DNA of 64,000 bases from Lingula anatina. Lineage: Eukaryota; Animalia; Brachiopoda. The stretch is taken from NCBI GenBank assembly GCA_051362555.1, contig CM120646.1, forward strand, positions 22,444,001-22,508,000, read 5' to 3'. Positions 38,901 through 52,600 of the stretch are shown here, one piece after another. The notes beneath the pieces are model-generated. The model searched no databases and was not told the origin of the DNA. It worked only from the letters and a program-made list of their open reading frames with translations. Both the position numbers and the translations under genes were made by a program. Each line of letters begins with the position of its first letter. Within the stretch, counting starts at the first letter, position 1.

Positions 38901-41892
38901 TGCAATTAAAGAAAATATGGGTTGAAAGTACTTTACCTTTATTGAACGTCAACAAGAAAAATGACCTTTTGGAAGAAAAGAGACGCTCTAACCACATTCA
39001 AACAGACGGCGCCATACCTGTGTTAAGCTAAAGAACTACAGTGTAGTCTTCATGTACTAACTCTTATTACAGTTATACCAGTTGCGAATATTACTGCATT
39101 GTTAACGATCATTATTAACAGAACATTATTAACAGATGCAGGGATCTTATATTTGTGAGTTCAGTGAAGCAAAATATATATGCGACACCACGCTGAAAAA
39201 GTACATTGGGCGACAAACATCGCGACCTGAAGCTCTGGCGAGAAGGATAAGAATCTATAGCCCATCGATCATCTCCGAACATCTGAACCCCATTACCCTG
39301 AAAGATGGCAAATGTGATCATGGGATTAATAGGAAAATACACGACACCCTTAAAGATATTACCTTTTTTATCAGATTTCGTTTAATGTAAAAGCAAAACG
39401 TAAAGGACAGTTTTTTTAGAAAATCGAATGCACTTGGGGTCTTCTAATAATTATCATTTCACCAGTGTCGACGCATTACGTATACGCATTACGTCATAGC
39501 GTATTAAAGGTTCGATTAATGAAGGGCGCACAAAATAAGTATAGGGATAATATTCAAACATCTTGTATATTAAGATGATCTTAATAGTATATGTGTATAC
39601 CTCTTGTAGATCAGAGGAGAAGACGAAGAAATAATGCTTCTTTCCGTTTGTCAAATAGAAAATAAGTAGACGGGATTTTTACATAATATTCACGGCACAC
39701 AGATCGAAATAATGCCTGGCTCTAGCTCATTTTTATTGTTGTATCTTCTATTGTGGGAGGGGGACGAAAGAAGAAAGAGTGACTTTTTAAGCTGAGACAG
39801 GGATAAATCCCAGCTGCGCACTCCCTGCGTCCGCCTTTGTAGCCTTTACGCCTTTGTATCATATGCAGTGTATGTGTATATGCACAGTCAGATACATGTA
39901 CATGTAGACGCCACCTTAAGACTTGTGCTGTACCCCTACTGCACATGCTAAGTGCACCCTCGACCAGATAAGAATATCTCTATATTTTAGAACTGCAGTT
40001 ATGGAATATACCGTTAGGTAATTGTCATTGTAAATGTGCACTTTTACCAAAATAGAAATTAATAATGTGTTCCGTAGTAAGTGGATACCATTGTTCTTAG
40101 AATGAAAAAACACGATCTGGCATGTGTCACCGTGAGTGCGCAATTCCCACTTCCTGTCTGCTATATCGATTAACGTGAGGATTGACGTAGAATTTGTCAT
40201 GTAATGTCATCTAGAAGACGCGGACCTTAATATTCACAATGCACTCAGTTTATTTCACAAACTTGTCCGCAATAAATGAACCGAACTGCGTTTTTTTTTA
40301 TATTCATATGTTTGCAGATATCGATCTTCTCTAGGAACGATATATTTCATTAACGAGCAATTGGGAACTTTGACTTCAAGATATACAGCAACAATGACTT
40401 GGCACCACCGTGTCACTGCCCATAGGCAGACACAAGGGACATACGACTAAGCTCTCCATGCTCACAAAAAGAGAGAAAGATTGAAATGAAGAAATGTAAA
40501 ATGTGCTGAGCACAAATATTTTCTTTTGATATATCCTTTATCCAAGGTAGTATGCATTTACATGATATCTTCATAAAACTGCTGTTGCTCGTCCTGTTGC
40601 TCGAAATGAAAATTCACAGGTGAACTGCATGTTGGCACTTTAAGACGCATGAAAACTCACATATAAACAAATTTTTGGATTAATTACGGTAAGTTCAAGT
40701 TTAATTTACATATTGTTCCATTATCATTACTAAATGATCACATACACGTAGAGTCATTTTTCATGAAAATAATGCTGTGTAAGCTTCTTGTCCTTCGAAG
40801 AAAAAATGTGGTGTCATTACTCTGCAATGCATGAGAGTGATTTGACATTTTATGTGATGAGATCCAGAGCCTCGAAAGCCTTTTGGGAGTTTCAGTTTTC
40901 ACAGAATCTCACTTAGAGGAAATAAAGAAGTAGCAGTGAATTAAGTGATGGTGACGTAACGCTCATTCAAGGTTTTGCTAAAATTCATGCCTTTTGTAAG
41001 ACCAATATTATTTGGGGACGGGGGGAGGGGTTCCAGAGCGATAGGGGTTCGCATTATCCAGTGTCTTCCATTGCATAAACTTGGCTGGAATACGGTTCTG
41101 TAGTATTATATATATCCAAGTTCAGGTTGTAAGGTTGGCTAGGCTTGGTAACCTTGTATTATTCTTGCTGTATGTTGATAGAACTTATAAGGCCATATGT
41201 TCATGGTAAAATGTACCATTAAGAAAATGAATAGGTAAATGTACAGGTATATGCATGTATAATCTTTACAGCTAGTGTCCGCTGATAAAAACGTATGGCG
41301 ATAGCCACCATATCTAATAAAAGAAAACTGCAATTAAATCATTTCATTTCAAATGCATTTTAAAAAATGTCTCACACATATACTGTAAAGGCCATAGGTT
41401 GTCCAAAAACATACCCTTGCATTCTGTAATACGTATTTTGTAATGTCTGTACATACAATTAAGTTCCAATTATTACCCGATCAATAGTAACACGGAAAGT
41501 TAATTCGAAGTGGAATATTTTTAGCTCCAAATTGTCGGACTCAAACGTATTACAATAAAACGACAATAGCTAAAATGAAAAAAGGCCATTAAATGGAGAT
41601 TCTGTGTTTACAGTCTCAAAAGTCTACCCTTAAATATCGTTCATGTCAACAGAATAAAATGTGTGTGGGTGCGCACACACGTGTGGGTTTCAGCAGAGAT
41701 CAGCTTGTGAGTGACGTCATTTTTATCCAAAACTCCAGCACAGAATTTACCAGAGAAATGTCTACGAATATTTGGTGTAAACTAAGCTCTGTTATCCTGG
41801 CCTGGTAGAGGGGGAGCTGGAGCGCGGCACTGGTTTTTACTTTTTCTTTAAAATACAAAACTAATATATGTGTTAAAGTAAAACTAGGCAAA

Positions 41893-42035
41893 GGTCGAAT
41901 TCAGAACAGTCGACTCACTAGTTCGCGGGTCTAATCCGCTAATTGACACTGAAAAGATACCCCGTGGGGAAGTAGTCAAGTGGGTCAGCCATATTTGGCC
42001 CTCGGACTAGTTAGTCCACTGCTCTGAATGCGGCC
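41893..42035 (-). mobile_element. MITE, copy of the same family as 51177-51337 (opposite orientation)
   Basis: Shares the internal block CACTGAAAAGATACCCCGTGGGGAAGTAGTCAAGTGG (revcomp match to 51229-51266) and the TIR GCCATATTTGGCCCTCGGACTAGTTAGTCC..CTGAATGCGGCC. Confidence 0.8.
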
Positions 42036-43593
42036 AAAGAAGAAAGAATCGTGTGCAGTTTGAAAATACAGGTCACACCTGTCGCATTCTGGAGCTGAAC
42101 CCGTCTGATTTATTGACTGTCTCAACTAACGCATTTACCGGTCATCGTCTATGACCCTTGGCTGATCGTGGTGTGACTACTTGGGGACACAAAATAGCCT
42201 TTTCCCCTCAATTTTCTACATCATATTGGGAAATTTGTCACATATGTTCTGCTTTTTCTGAAAAGGAAAAGAAATGATAATAATAAGTTTGCACTGCCCT
42301 TGGATCCTTCACAAGATGTCCAACGACGTCCATGTCTTGTTGTTGTTCTTGAAACCCAAGCCATTTTTGATATGTGTAAACCTTTTTCTCAAAACTTTCT
42401 AATGCTTACAAAGTGTGTTTTATTGATAGAACAAGCAAAAAGAAATGATACCGAGAAACAAAAAAAAAATTAGAAGAACAATAAACCCTCGTTTTAAAAC
42501 ATTCACAAGAAGTCATGTCACGAAGTTCCAAGAATGCTCCAGAATCTGCAAAATGTGGTAGTTGAGATATGATGATGAAACGATTGCAGTCAATGGTCAT
42601 TTTCTTCCTAATGCATCTAAGGCCCCATGTGACCGAGATGGCGTTCTGTAAGGAACTGTCTTCCCTTCCCATAACTTTGTATAGGTGCCATTCGTCCCAT
42701 CTACTGACGCCGATGCTTTCGATTAAACTTAACCTGTACCTGTTATGTGGGACCCAAGAGTTCCATTCTTAGGACTACCATTCCTGTCACAACGACTGGG
42801 AGCAACATATACCGGCGTCCTTTAACGAAACATAGGTATGTATAAATCCTAAACTTTTGTTTTAAGCTTTTTGAATAATGCCAAAATTTAAAAATAACTT
42901 TACTGGGACTTGGTCTACGCATTATAGAGAAGACTTTTAGCTTTTTTATTGGTCACAGTGGGTGCATTACAAAATCTACTCAGGACAATCAGGAAGTCGA
43001 ATAAGCACAATCACGGGACATGATACTGTGTATTTTGTAGAAACCAATAAACACACGTATTGTCTGAAGTTAACTATTCTTATAACACCTTCATGTGTTA
43101 AAAGACTCAAACAGCTAAATGTGTAAAGAAAACAGTTTAATGTATGCAGTCAGTTCAATTATAAAGGAAATCAATAAAGGACGTTTCTTTTTCCTTTATG
43201 GCTGTTTTAATTAAAAGTCGATTTCCACAAAACATCTTTAGCACCTACAGTGTTTATACACCCCTAGTACAATGTGTCTTGAAAAGGATCCTAGAAAGAA
43301 TTGGACTGATGAAGTAACATGGAAAGCTTAACACTTGGACACCTTACTAAATCAATAAATGCATTTGATAATGGGCTTATCAGTGTGTGGGAATATACTG
43401 TAGGTGCGGTCAGATCATAAATCTGTCTCTGTAATATAATAACCTCGCACACAATTATCGTAATTGTTTATTTTTTTTTACATTTATATTAACATGTTTA
43501 TTCAACATACAGTAATAAAAAATTTAACATTTTGTCTAAGTTTTGAATGAATTATAATCATTGTTATTATTACAATACAAATGCACAGCCCCC

Positions 43594-43647
43594 TCTCGCT
43601 CTCTCTCGCTCTCTCTCGCTCTGTGTGTGTGTCTTTGTGTGTGTGTG

Positions 43648-43687
<40 letters not shown>

Positions 43688-43715
43688 CGTGTATGTGTGT
43701 GTTTATATGTGTGTA
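43594..43715. repeat. (CT)n(GT)n microsatellite
   Basis: Direct reading. Confidence 0.95.
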
Positions 43716-46636
43716 TTTACGTGTGTTTTAACGGCCTGGAAAGATCGCTCCGACAAAACATTTCCCACCGATATTCACATTAAAAACGATCAGCACCTTA
43801 ACAAGACACATCACATTACGGCATCTGCACTCGGTTTTATTCTATCTTAGACGTCAACGCTTCCTTAGGTTAAATTGATCCCAAACCCATTGTGATAAAG
43901 CACTGTTTTCCGCGACAGCGCCATTTTAGCTACCGGATCGATATCAATGCATGGCTGCAGTGCACAGGGGGAGGCGTTGCCAGCAGCTTTTATGCACGAT
44001 GATGTTGGCAATGGGCTTTTAAATCAAGGTATGGAGAGGAGTTCGACATGAGCACTGCAGAATCTTGACTAAGGACGGTAAGTGGCTTTTTAGGGACATG
44101 CTGGAAACGTGTCGGTCTGTGGGATGATACAGGAATAATCTGTGCTTTGTTGTGACTTTGAAATATAGGTAGGTACATGCTGTTATGCTTGGTCATGCTA
44201 ACGACGCAGTTTCGTTATAGTCGTTACAATACAATATGGCATCCTATCAATTTGGTTAACGTTGCTTTCAACTGGTGAATAACGCGTTCAGAAGCAATGG
44301 GATGTTTGTCAGGATAATTGGACTCTTCTATCGTGAAGGTGCATGCAGTCAAATATATTCAATCTGCTTCACAAAACAAAGTTTAAAACATACAATATGT
44401 TATGTAAACACAACACAAATGGCAGAATCGTGGCGGGTATGCATATTTTACAAGGCTAGCACAGTTTCAATGAAGTTATTCAAACCAATTCGAATTTGTC
44501 AAGAGTCTCTATGTGCGACGCTATGTACATAAAGATAGGGGAATTGGCCCATGATTCTCGCTTACATTCATTGGCAAGCAATTATATTTATCTTAACGGC
44601 ATTTAATTATCTTCAACAGTATCTAGCAATTAAGTGATCCCGACAAATTAGTATAAAACAACCACGTGTGTTTGACCAAGACGCTGTTCGTTTGACCGCT
44701 GTGGTATATTTGCGTCGTGATTTGTAAGATAACTGGTTATTATTATTAGTGAGATGCAATAAATACCGGTTACGCGTTCACCAATCTTGTAAATATAATC
44801 CCCTGTAGCTGCACGGCGCAGTTAAATTGCGGCACCATGCCTTGCTTTAGTATTACCTGCATGAGCAGATTGACGACCGGATAAAGGGAATGGCTTGAAC
44901 CAAAATAAGATTTATCGACACGTCTAGACTAAAATGAATATACCCTGTCCCCCACCCTTTGCGATCCGTCATTTGACGTCAATTAGTCTATTCACGGTGT
45001 TCAAGACGATACCATTGGCCGCATTACAACCTAGCATAACGACGAGGGCATGATTCGTGCCGATTTCATATAAATGACGCTTTGAGGAGTAGAATATCAT
45101 GGAGGACGACATAATTTCCCTAGCTACCTCCATTAGTCACAATATTTCACCATATGGCGTGTTATCAACTTGCGTTCCCTGGTGACCATTGATCTCTGAT
45201 TATTTTGCATGTGGATCCCAGCAACACGAGAGGAGTCGTATTAAAACCATACATGTACAGCCACTTGACTGCCATTTCTATGATCTCGTTATCCATCCCT
45301 CACGTTTTCAACCAGGGCATTCCTTGTATAACGACTTTTTCTAAGCTACTTAAACGATTTCTTTTTTATACGGAGTTTAATTATGAAGATAGTAATACAC
45401 TGTGTTCCGTTCATTATGGTTCACAATTGAAATTACCTTTGGTGTGATTTGACGTGCGTACGTGTAGCAACGTACACACCGTGATATTTCAAACTATTTC
45501 ATTTATTAACTTTTATTTATATTTTTGATTTGTGTGCAGTTTACAATGACAATGACCTTGCAAAATTTCCTTTAACTCTGGTAGTATAACAACATTAACA
45601 GCCTCAGTGAATAGGGCTGTTATTTTTACACTGCAGTTGACAACATAGTGCCTTAAAGATAGCTGTAGCGAAATTAATTTTAGCATTTTAGTTGTCTATC
45701 GGTGTCAAGACCAGTGAGCAGATAGTAGAGTGTATTCAAGCAGTTACACGTACCCGTCACATAATTATACCCACAGGGCTTTCACGAAGTATAGCATCGA
45801 TTTTTTAATGCCAGATCATATTGCTAACATCCAGGCCATATATCTCTATGTACGGTTCTAGAAACACTTGTTCAGATGTTTGTTGTATTGTCAGGCGCTT
45901 TTATTTTGGAAAACTGTCTTAAGATTGACTTCACATCATTGTGGGCATTTACAGTTATCAGAGGATTTTAGGTGAGGTATAAAGATCCTTTTTGATTTCG
46001 GGGTCATGATCACCGCCACACTTTTTGGGCGAGTTTTCATTTTAGAATATGAGACTTTCACCATAAGTGTTTGTCTTTTAATACCCTGTAGGTCCCCATT
46101 TTACTTCCCTTTACAGGATTTTAAATTAATTAGTCGCCGTGAATTTATTAATATCAAGGATCTATAAAATGTTTGCTTATTGATCCTTATTCTTGTTTCA
46201 TACTGTTGATCAGGTAGTTTCTACTATTCATTTTGTGGCTAGTACATGAACAACACACAAAATCTTCAAAGAGTATTTTAAGTGAAAGAATAATACATGA
46301 CTCCTTTGTTTTCACTGTGTGTATAACGATACCCTGAATAGGAAGTCACCGTCACTGATTGACCGAACCTCGTTCGCCAATTTACGTCGTACCGGAATTA
46401 CAAAAAAAGACTTGTTTGCCAACTTATCGATCGCCGTGTTCAATGCAGTGCAGAGTGACTTTAGCAACAGCCAACAACAGTGAAGGCTAGCACAGCTATA
46501 CCGACTTCCTGATACACACAGGACATGATTAGGGTCTTAATGATATATTGAAGAGAAGTGATTGTCCTGACATTCATGCAGTTGTTTCAATTTTTTTAGT
46601 AAAAATTGACACTCTGATTCCGTGTCCGGTTATTTC

Positions 46637-46684
46637 TTTTATTGAGAAATATAGATCTCATACGAAGAGTTATTATCCCTTTAA
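46637..46684 (-). mobile_element. Partial second copy (left end) of the Kolobok-type element at 22-358
   Basis: Revcomp TTAAAGGGATAATAACTCTTCGTATGAGATCTATATTTCTCAATAAAA matches 18-65 at 44/48 positions. Confidence 0.8.
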
Positions 46685-47939
46685 GAGTATGTACATGTAG
46701 AGGCTGGTTTTAATTTCTGGCTAGATTGTTACGGATAGTGCTAGGTCTCCGAGAAATTTATTCTCGTGTCGATGAATGCTATGAAGGTAATTTCGTGATA
46801 AGGACTATATATCTAGACAAGACAAGAGTTCACAGTGACTTCTGCATTCAGCATTTATATGAACAACCGCATTCTCCACATCTGTGACGCTAGCGAGCCA
46901 AAAGTGTCAAAGTGCGCTGAAATTGAGCAGTCAACGTGTTCCTATCTAGATCCTAATGACTAAAGCAACGGCACATTTCAAACACAAAAAGGCCATACCT
47001 CGTCTTTTGGGTTTACTAGTAGTTAGCTAATAACCACGTATATAAAAAACCCGTTGTTTCCCATTTCATTCAAGACCACCTGTCATCTGAAATACTGCTT
47101 CACAGACAGGCAGGTTCATTGATTGTCACAGAGTATTTGAACGTTAAAATACGTAGCCAGGTGTGGTATAATACAAAATCAGAAAGGTAAAAATCTGAAA
47201 CACGTTCCATGGATGGTAATATGTTCTGAGTGTCAAAAACATCATTTTGGAAAACTAGAAATATCACCACAAACCTCTTTGCATTCCCTAAGTTATCAGT
47301 GATTTATTTAGGTATAGTAAATAAGATAAGCGATTCCGAGAAGCAATATGGCACAAACGTGCTAATCGATGCAGCAACACAAGAACAGTTGCCAAGCAAA
47401 GGCACAATAGACCTGTCATGTTCACTCTGAAAATGTAATTAGTTTGACTGAACCCGGCTGTTGCCAATCGTGCGTGTAATAAATACTTTTTGATTTACTT
47501 ACAGGAGCTGAGTGATGGATGAAACAGTGAGTCTGATGGAAACTTCACTTAATTTTCTAACAAAGGTTAACGGAGACGACCCAATAAAACAGCTTTCAGT
47601 GGATGTGATAGCCAAACGTCAGTTTAGGAATGCTACTACAAGGACATATGCTACTCCAGCTTGCCATTTACCGATTTATATCCGCACATTTTTGGTCTCA
47701 AAAGATAATATCTAGTGCAGTGCAATTGACCAATTGCTAATAAAACCATATACCAGTGACTGTTGTTAGCTTTAAATTGGTAAGCAACTAGGACATCAGT
47801 TACTGACAACTTTCCACGTTACCAACACTAACGCTGTGGTTGCCATAGATATAAAGATATGGTATTCGCAGGTGACAGTAAGTTTTTTTGATGCACACAA
47901 CAACCGCAGCGATTTGTCAAGTCACCACGGAAAGACAAA

Positions 47940-48492
47940 ATGGATGATGAAATTAGATTTCAAGATTCCAAATTTCGACGGCCAAAGTTTGTCCATCCGG
48001 GACGGCGGTATCGTCAGATCAGTTTTGATATTGACGCCAACTACTCGGATGTCTCTGAGTCATGTGAGGACGAAGTCTTTGTGGACGAGCCCAGAAACTC
48101 GGACAAAACGAGCTCTAAGCCTTTACTCCAACCTAAAAACAGGGCTCGGTCGCCTAGTTTTAAAATCAAAAGGAAATACTACAGACTAAGACGCTGTCTG
48201 AAACTCCTATGCTGCGTTTTGACTGCAGTCTCTAGCTGCCTCTTAATTTTGGCTGTTGTTTTATTTGCAATGCAGAAGAGCGGTATTAACGTACTGGGTG
48301 GCAGTCTGTATTACGGCAGTGCAGGACAGGAACCGACCTCAGCTCACACTCCTGAAGTTTTGGGTTGTTCTGATATACAAGTTGAGGACGTGTGGATTGC
48401 TGGATTCCCGAAACTTATCACGGAATCTGCCTTTCGTCTCGTGGATGTTAATGGCGATGGGACGCTAGACGTTCTATTTGGGTTTGGCACAG
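47940..48492 (+). CDS. FAM234B: FAM234-like coding exon 1 (cytosolic tail, TM, first DxNxDG motif)
   Basis: MDDEIRF...DVNGDGTLDVLFGFGT; donor GTAGGT at 48493, phase 1. Confidence 0.9.
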
Positions 48493-49621
48493 GTAGGTTT
48501 GTGACAGGTGCTTTTCACATCGTGTAGGATATTTATCTGTTTCACAACGTTTTTACTATTTTGTACAGCCTGTTTCGCCACACACTTGTTTTTGTAGAGC
48601 CAGTGTTGTACGCTTTGATATGAAACTTGATCACTGTTTAAGGGTCGACGTAATAAATATAACAGATAAAATGAGACGCAATTTCAGACAGTATATGCTT
48701 GCAAGCAAAAATTAGAAAACCTTGGAAAGGAAACAATTTTTCCTGCTTGTATCTACTATATATTGGTTATGCGTGTTATTTTAAGATTCTAAAGAAATGA
48801 AATGGATCGATGCCTTTGCGTTCTGCTTATATTTAATTTCTCAATATGAATGCAGGTGTGCGTGTTGTACATGTTGTATTTTACAAAAAATAACATATGT
48901 GCCTCATGTTTCAATTTTAGGGGCAGACGGCCACAATGTTCCAGAGCTGGTTTGCGACATATACTTCAATGGCACGCGACCGTGTTTTGGCGGTGTCTTG
49001 TCGATAGATGGCGCGACTGGCAGAGAGTTGTGGAGACATTACACGGAGCACGAAGTCTTTGCCTTGAACTGTAACAGGGATATCAACGGTGACGGGGTGA
49101 ATGAGTGTCTGGCAGGCGGTCGAGGAGGGGTAAGAATCGCAAAGAAAAACCAAATACATTTAGTGTCTACTATTCTTTAGCTTACTATACAATTATTTAT
49201 TCCGGCAATATTTTCGGTATATGGTTGTATAATTTCAACTGTTATTTTAAAGTGACACAATAAGTTTTAAATACGAATGCTCTTACCAACATAACGGACG
49301 GAATTTCAGGTATTTCGTGCCATTAATGGACGAGACGGAGAATTACTGTGGAGATTTGCTAACGACGAGGCCTTCAATGACGAAATGAATGTGTACACCC
49401 CGCAGTACATCCGGGATGTTAATGGGGACGGAGTCCCGGATGTACTGTTGGCGCATGGTGGAGACCCGATGCGGGAATCAGGTTGGTGGGATGGCTTTTA
49501 GTTATGTTGTGGGTACGGTAATAAAGAAAATCATAGTAAAGAGTCACTTTTTTTCCAGTAAAATAACACTAATCATTGAGAAAAGTTCAGTGATTTATGA
49601 TTCTGTTTTGATTTTAAACCG

Positions 49622-49652
<31 letters not shown>

Positions 49653-52600
49653 TTTTAAAGGCGAGCCGGTCACCTTGAGCGGAGAGCTGGTGATCCTGAG
49701 CGGGAAGTATGGCGGTGTTCTAAGATGGGTCAAGGTTCCCGACCACATGGAGACGTACTTCTCGCCACAACTGTACCGCCAGTCCACCGACACCTTGGCT
49801 GTGCTGTTTGGCACTGGTGGGGAGACGCACGGTGGCGCTCTCTGGTGGATTGACTTGGAGGACTTGCTGAGGGGCCACATGTCAAAGGTGATGTGAAGCA
49901 GAAACAAATATTCTGTGAAGTTAGTCTAATCAGCAGCATTTCAGTTGCTTACTGATATTTAGGGTAGATAAAAACCTAAGACCTACAGAACATGCATGCC
50001 CTCGTCATCCTTACATTGACCTCATTCTATGCCATGTTAAACCAAGAAGTTGTATTCATCTTGGTTAAACCCAAACTACACTGAGTAGGTTTCCAACTTT
50101 TGAGTAAAACTGTCAGCAGATTACACGAGACGAGGCACTTTAATGTCGCAGGTTACTAAATACTTATCAACACTGTACCGTCTGCTAACATAGTTTTATG
50201 AAATTAAACAAGTATGTTTTGTTTGATTTTAGATTAGATCCTCACAGCCAATTCCCAGTCAATGGAACCTAGATTTTTGAGGGGGAGTGGCAGGAGCGAT
50301 ATCGATTATTTATTCATCTTAAAGCGTAGTTTAGCTGTCATAGGGAGTAGACTAACAGTGATATATCTCTCATTTAGGCCAAGAAACTGTATTCCGACCC
50401 ATTCAAAGGCATCATGACGCCCCCAGCCCTGGCCGACATAAATCAAGATGGCGTAGAAGACATTGTCATCCCTGCATTCAACAGCACAGTTGTCGCCATA
50501 GACGGGGATACACTGCAGCAACTATGGAAAACCACTTTCACGGGATCAGAGTCGTATAAGTAAGAGCGCAAAATGATACATCTGAAGGCTGATTCCCTAA
50601 AAGTGTTTTTTTTTTTAACCTTTGGTTACGGTATGCCCTGCCAAAATGTGTACGTCTGCCAAAAATATATACCCGGTGATCAACGAGAATGAAAATCGGC
50701 AAATTTTGAATTTTATGTTAAGGCAATAAAATTACATAAATTTATTCAATAATAACCGCAATGGGGCAGTACAGAACGAGGGGCAACTTGAGAATATGTT
50801 GGCAGAACACCTTTGACCTTTGCCCTCTGACCTCCCCAATAACCTCTCGCCTCTGACCTCATTTGTAACCTCTAACCTCTAAACTTTAACATATTTTCTG
50901 ACTGCAGTTATGTTAATATTCAATACAAACTTTTGATTACTTTAAATTTTTGACATTTGACCCCACACCTATGACCTTTTATTTCTCATTATAATGAATC
51001 TTTCAGATTGTATTCATGTATATTTTCAGTACCCCAGCTGTTGGCTACTACAATAACGATGACGTGCCGGATTTCATGGTCAGATATGCACACGGTCCCG
51101 GCTTCCCAGTGTACTACGACTCCGTGGTGAGTTAAAGCTGCTGTATAGCGTGCACATAAAGCATCAAACGTCAAATGACTCCATACAGAATAGGGGGCTA
51201 ACTAGTCCGAGGGTCAAATATGGCCGAGCCACTTGAATACTTTCCCACGGGATATCTATTCAGTGTCTGTTAGCTGATTTTAGTGAATCGCCATATTTGA
51301 CCTTTGGACTAGTTAGTCCCCTCTTCTGAATGGGGCCGATAAGTTAAGTGAATTGTTGAATATATACAATATGTTTTTTGCATGATTCAAGATAAAAGTG
51401 GATACAAACAGTGCAAGTAAAAAAGCAGAAAGCGTGTGCACATATAGTTTACAATTCATATAATCCTGCAACGGAAACATTAACAGCCAATTATATACAT
51501 GTATATAAAACATTGTTCCCCACTACCTTTTAGACAACGATACTGGACGGGAAAACAGGCAAAATGCTGCTTGATAACCCAGTAAGAGATTCGATAGGCG
51601 TCCAGTCGTCCCCTCTGGCGGTAAGCGTGGAGGGTTTCGGCAATGATTTGTTCCTGTACTGGGTGGCGGATTGCGAGGACCACGAGGGACAAGGAGGGGT
51701 CTTCACATTTGCTGAAGGTATGTTGATTTGCAATGAGAGGCAATGGGAGAATGTTACTGGAATTATTCACATTTTCACATTTTCTTTAAGCAGTTTTAAT
51801 TGTAAAAAAGTGAATTAAAGTGAATTGAAGACTAGTGAAAGTAAATATTTTTTTATGAAGCAAGACTTACAAAAGCAAATTTATTTATTTATTTATTTAT
51901 TAGACACCAATGTCCACCAACAAAGCCGGTCGGATGTGTGTCGTCTGCGTTTCAACACACGTGGCTTTACAAAGTTGATTGTCTCAAGTAGACATACTCC
52001 ACATCCGGGTATCACCGTCTATGACTCCAGTAGGTTCTGGTTTTCAGTTTCTTCCTGATTGACCGTCACCGATATTTAAAGACAGTCTCAGTGGGTTAGA
52101 TTAATGTATAGAAGCAGGTTCTATGTAAAGCTTTGATCAGATTTGTGTTTTGTGAGATTGTTTATTATTATATTAATAAGTCTGGGTCACAAAAGTCCTG
52201 TTAAGACAACTAGAATAAAGAATTAGAAAACGAAAACTATTTATCATGATTTCGGAGCACAGCCAGAAGTACTTCCGGCTCAAGGTCACGACCTCGATTT
52301 TCCCACGCTTACGACCAATCACAGCAGGCTTCAGTCAGAATGAGATAGACGTCACGACTACACAGCGAAACTTGTCAGACATGTAAGTGCCGCCTGTCCA
52401 TCTTTTCGGTACATGTACCGATCAAAAATAGACAACGTAAAGCCCAAAACGCTCTTATACACGTAACCAACTTTGTATGAGCACAAATATTGTCATTTAT
52501 TGTGAACAGGATAATATGATAATCAGACACACTTGAGACCTGTGAAGCGCATACTCACGTGTCGAGGAGTAGTTTCGCCATTGCCTCGTATGTGAGTCCT

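Noticed and set aside
42500-42830. Possible second LINE remnant or exon
   Set aside because: Only vague motif resemblance (LYRC/IRPI) and no consistent frame or splice chain.
46082-46118. TACCCTGTAG miR-10-family-like seed with a small hairpin
   Set aside because: The stem is far too short for a pre-miRNA and the 3' part does not match.
18-46684. Giant 46.6-kb transposon bounded by the inverted 48-bp matches at 18-65 and 46637-46684, each with outer TTAA
   Set aside because: The left copy has its own right TIR and TTAA at 341-362, so these are two independent copies of a short element. No transposase is seen in between.
47512-47715. ORF upstream of the FAM234-like ATG after an acceptor at 47504
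   Set aside because: It cannot be joined in frame via the 47872 acceptor (TGA at 47889). It is probably 5' UTR/uORF or intronic, and is not supportable as coding.
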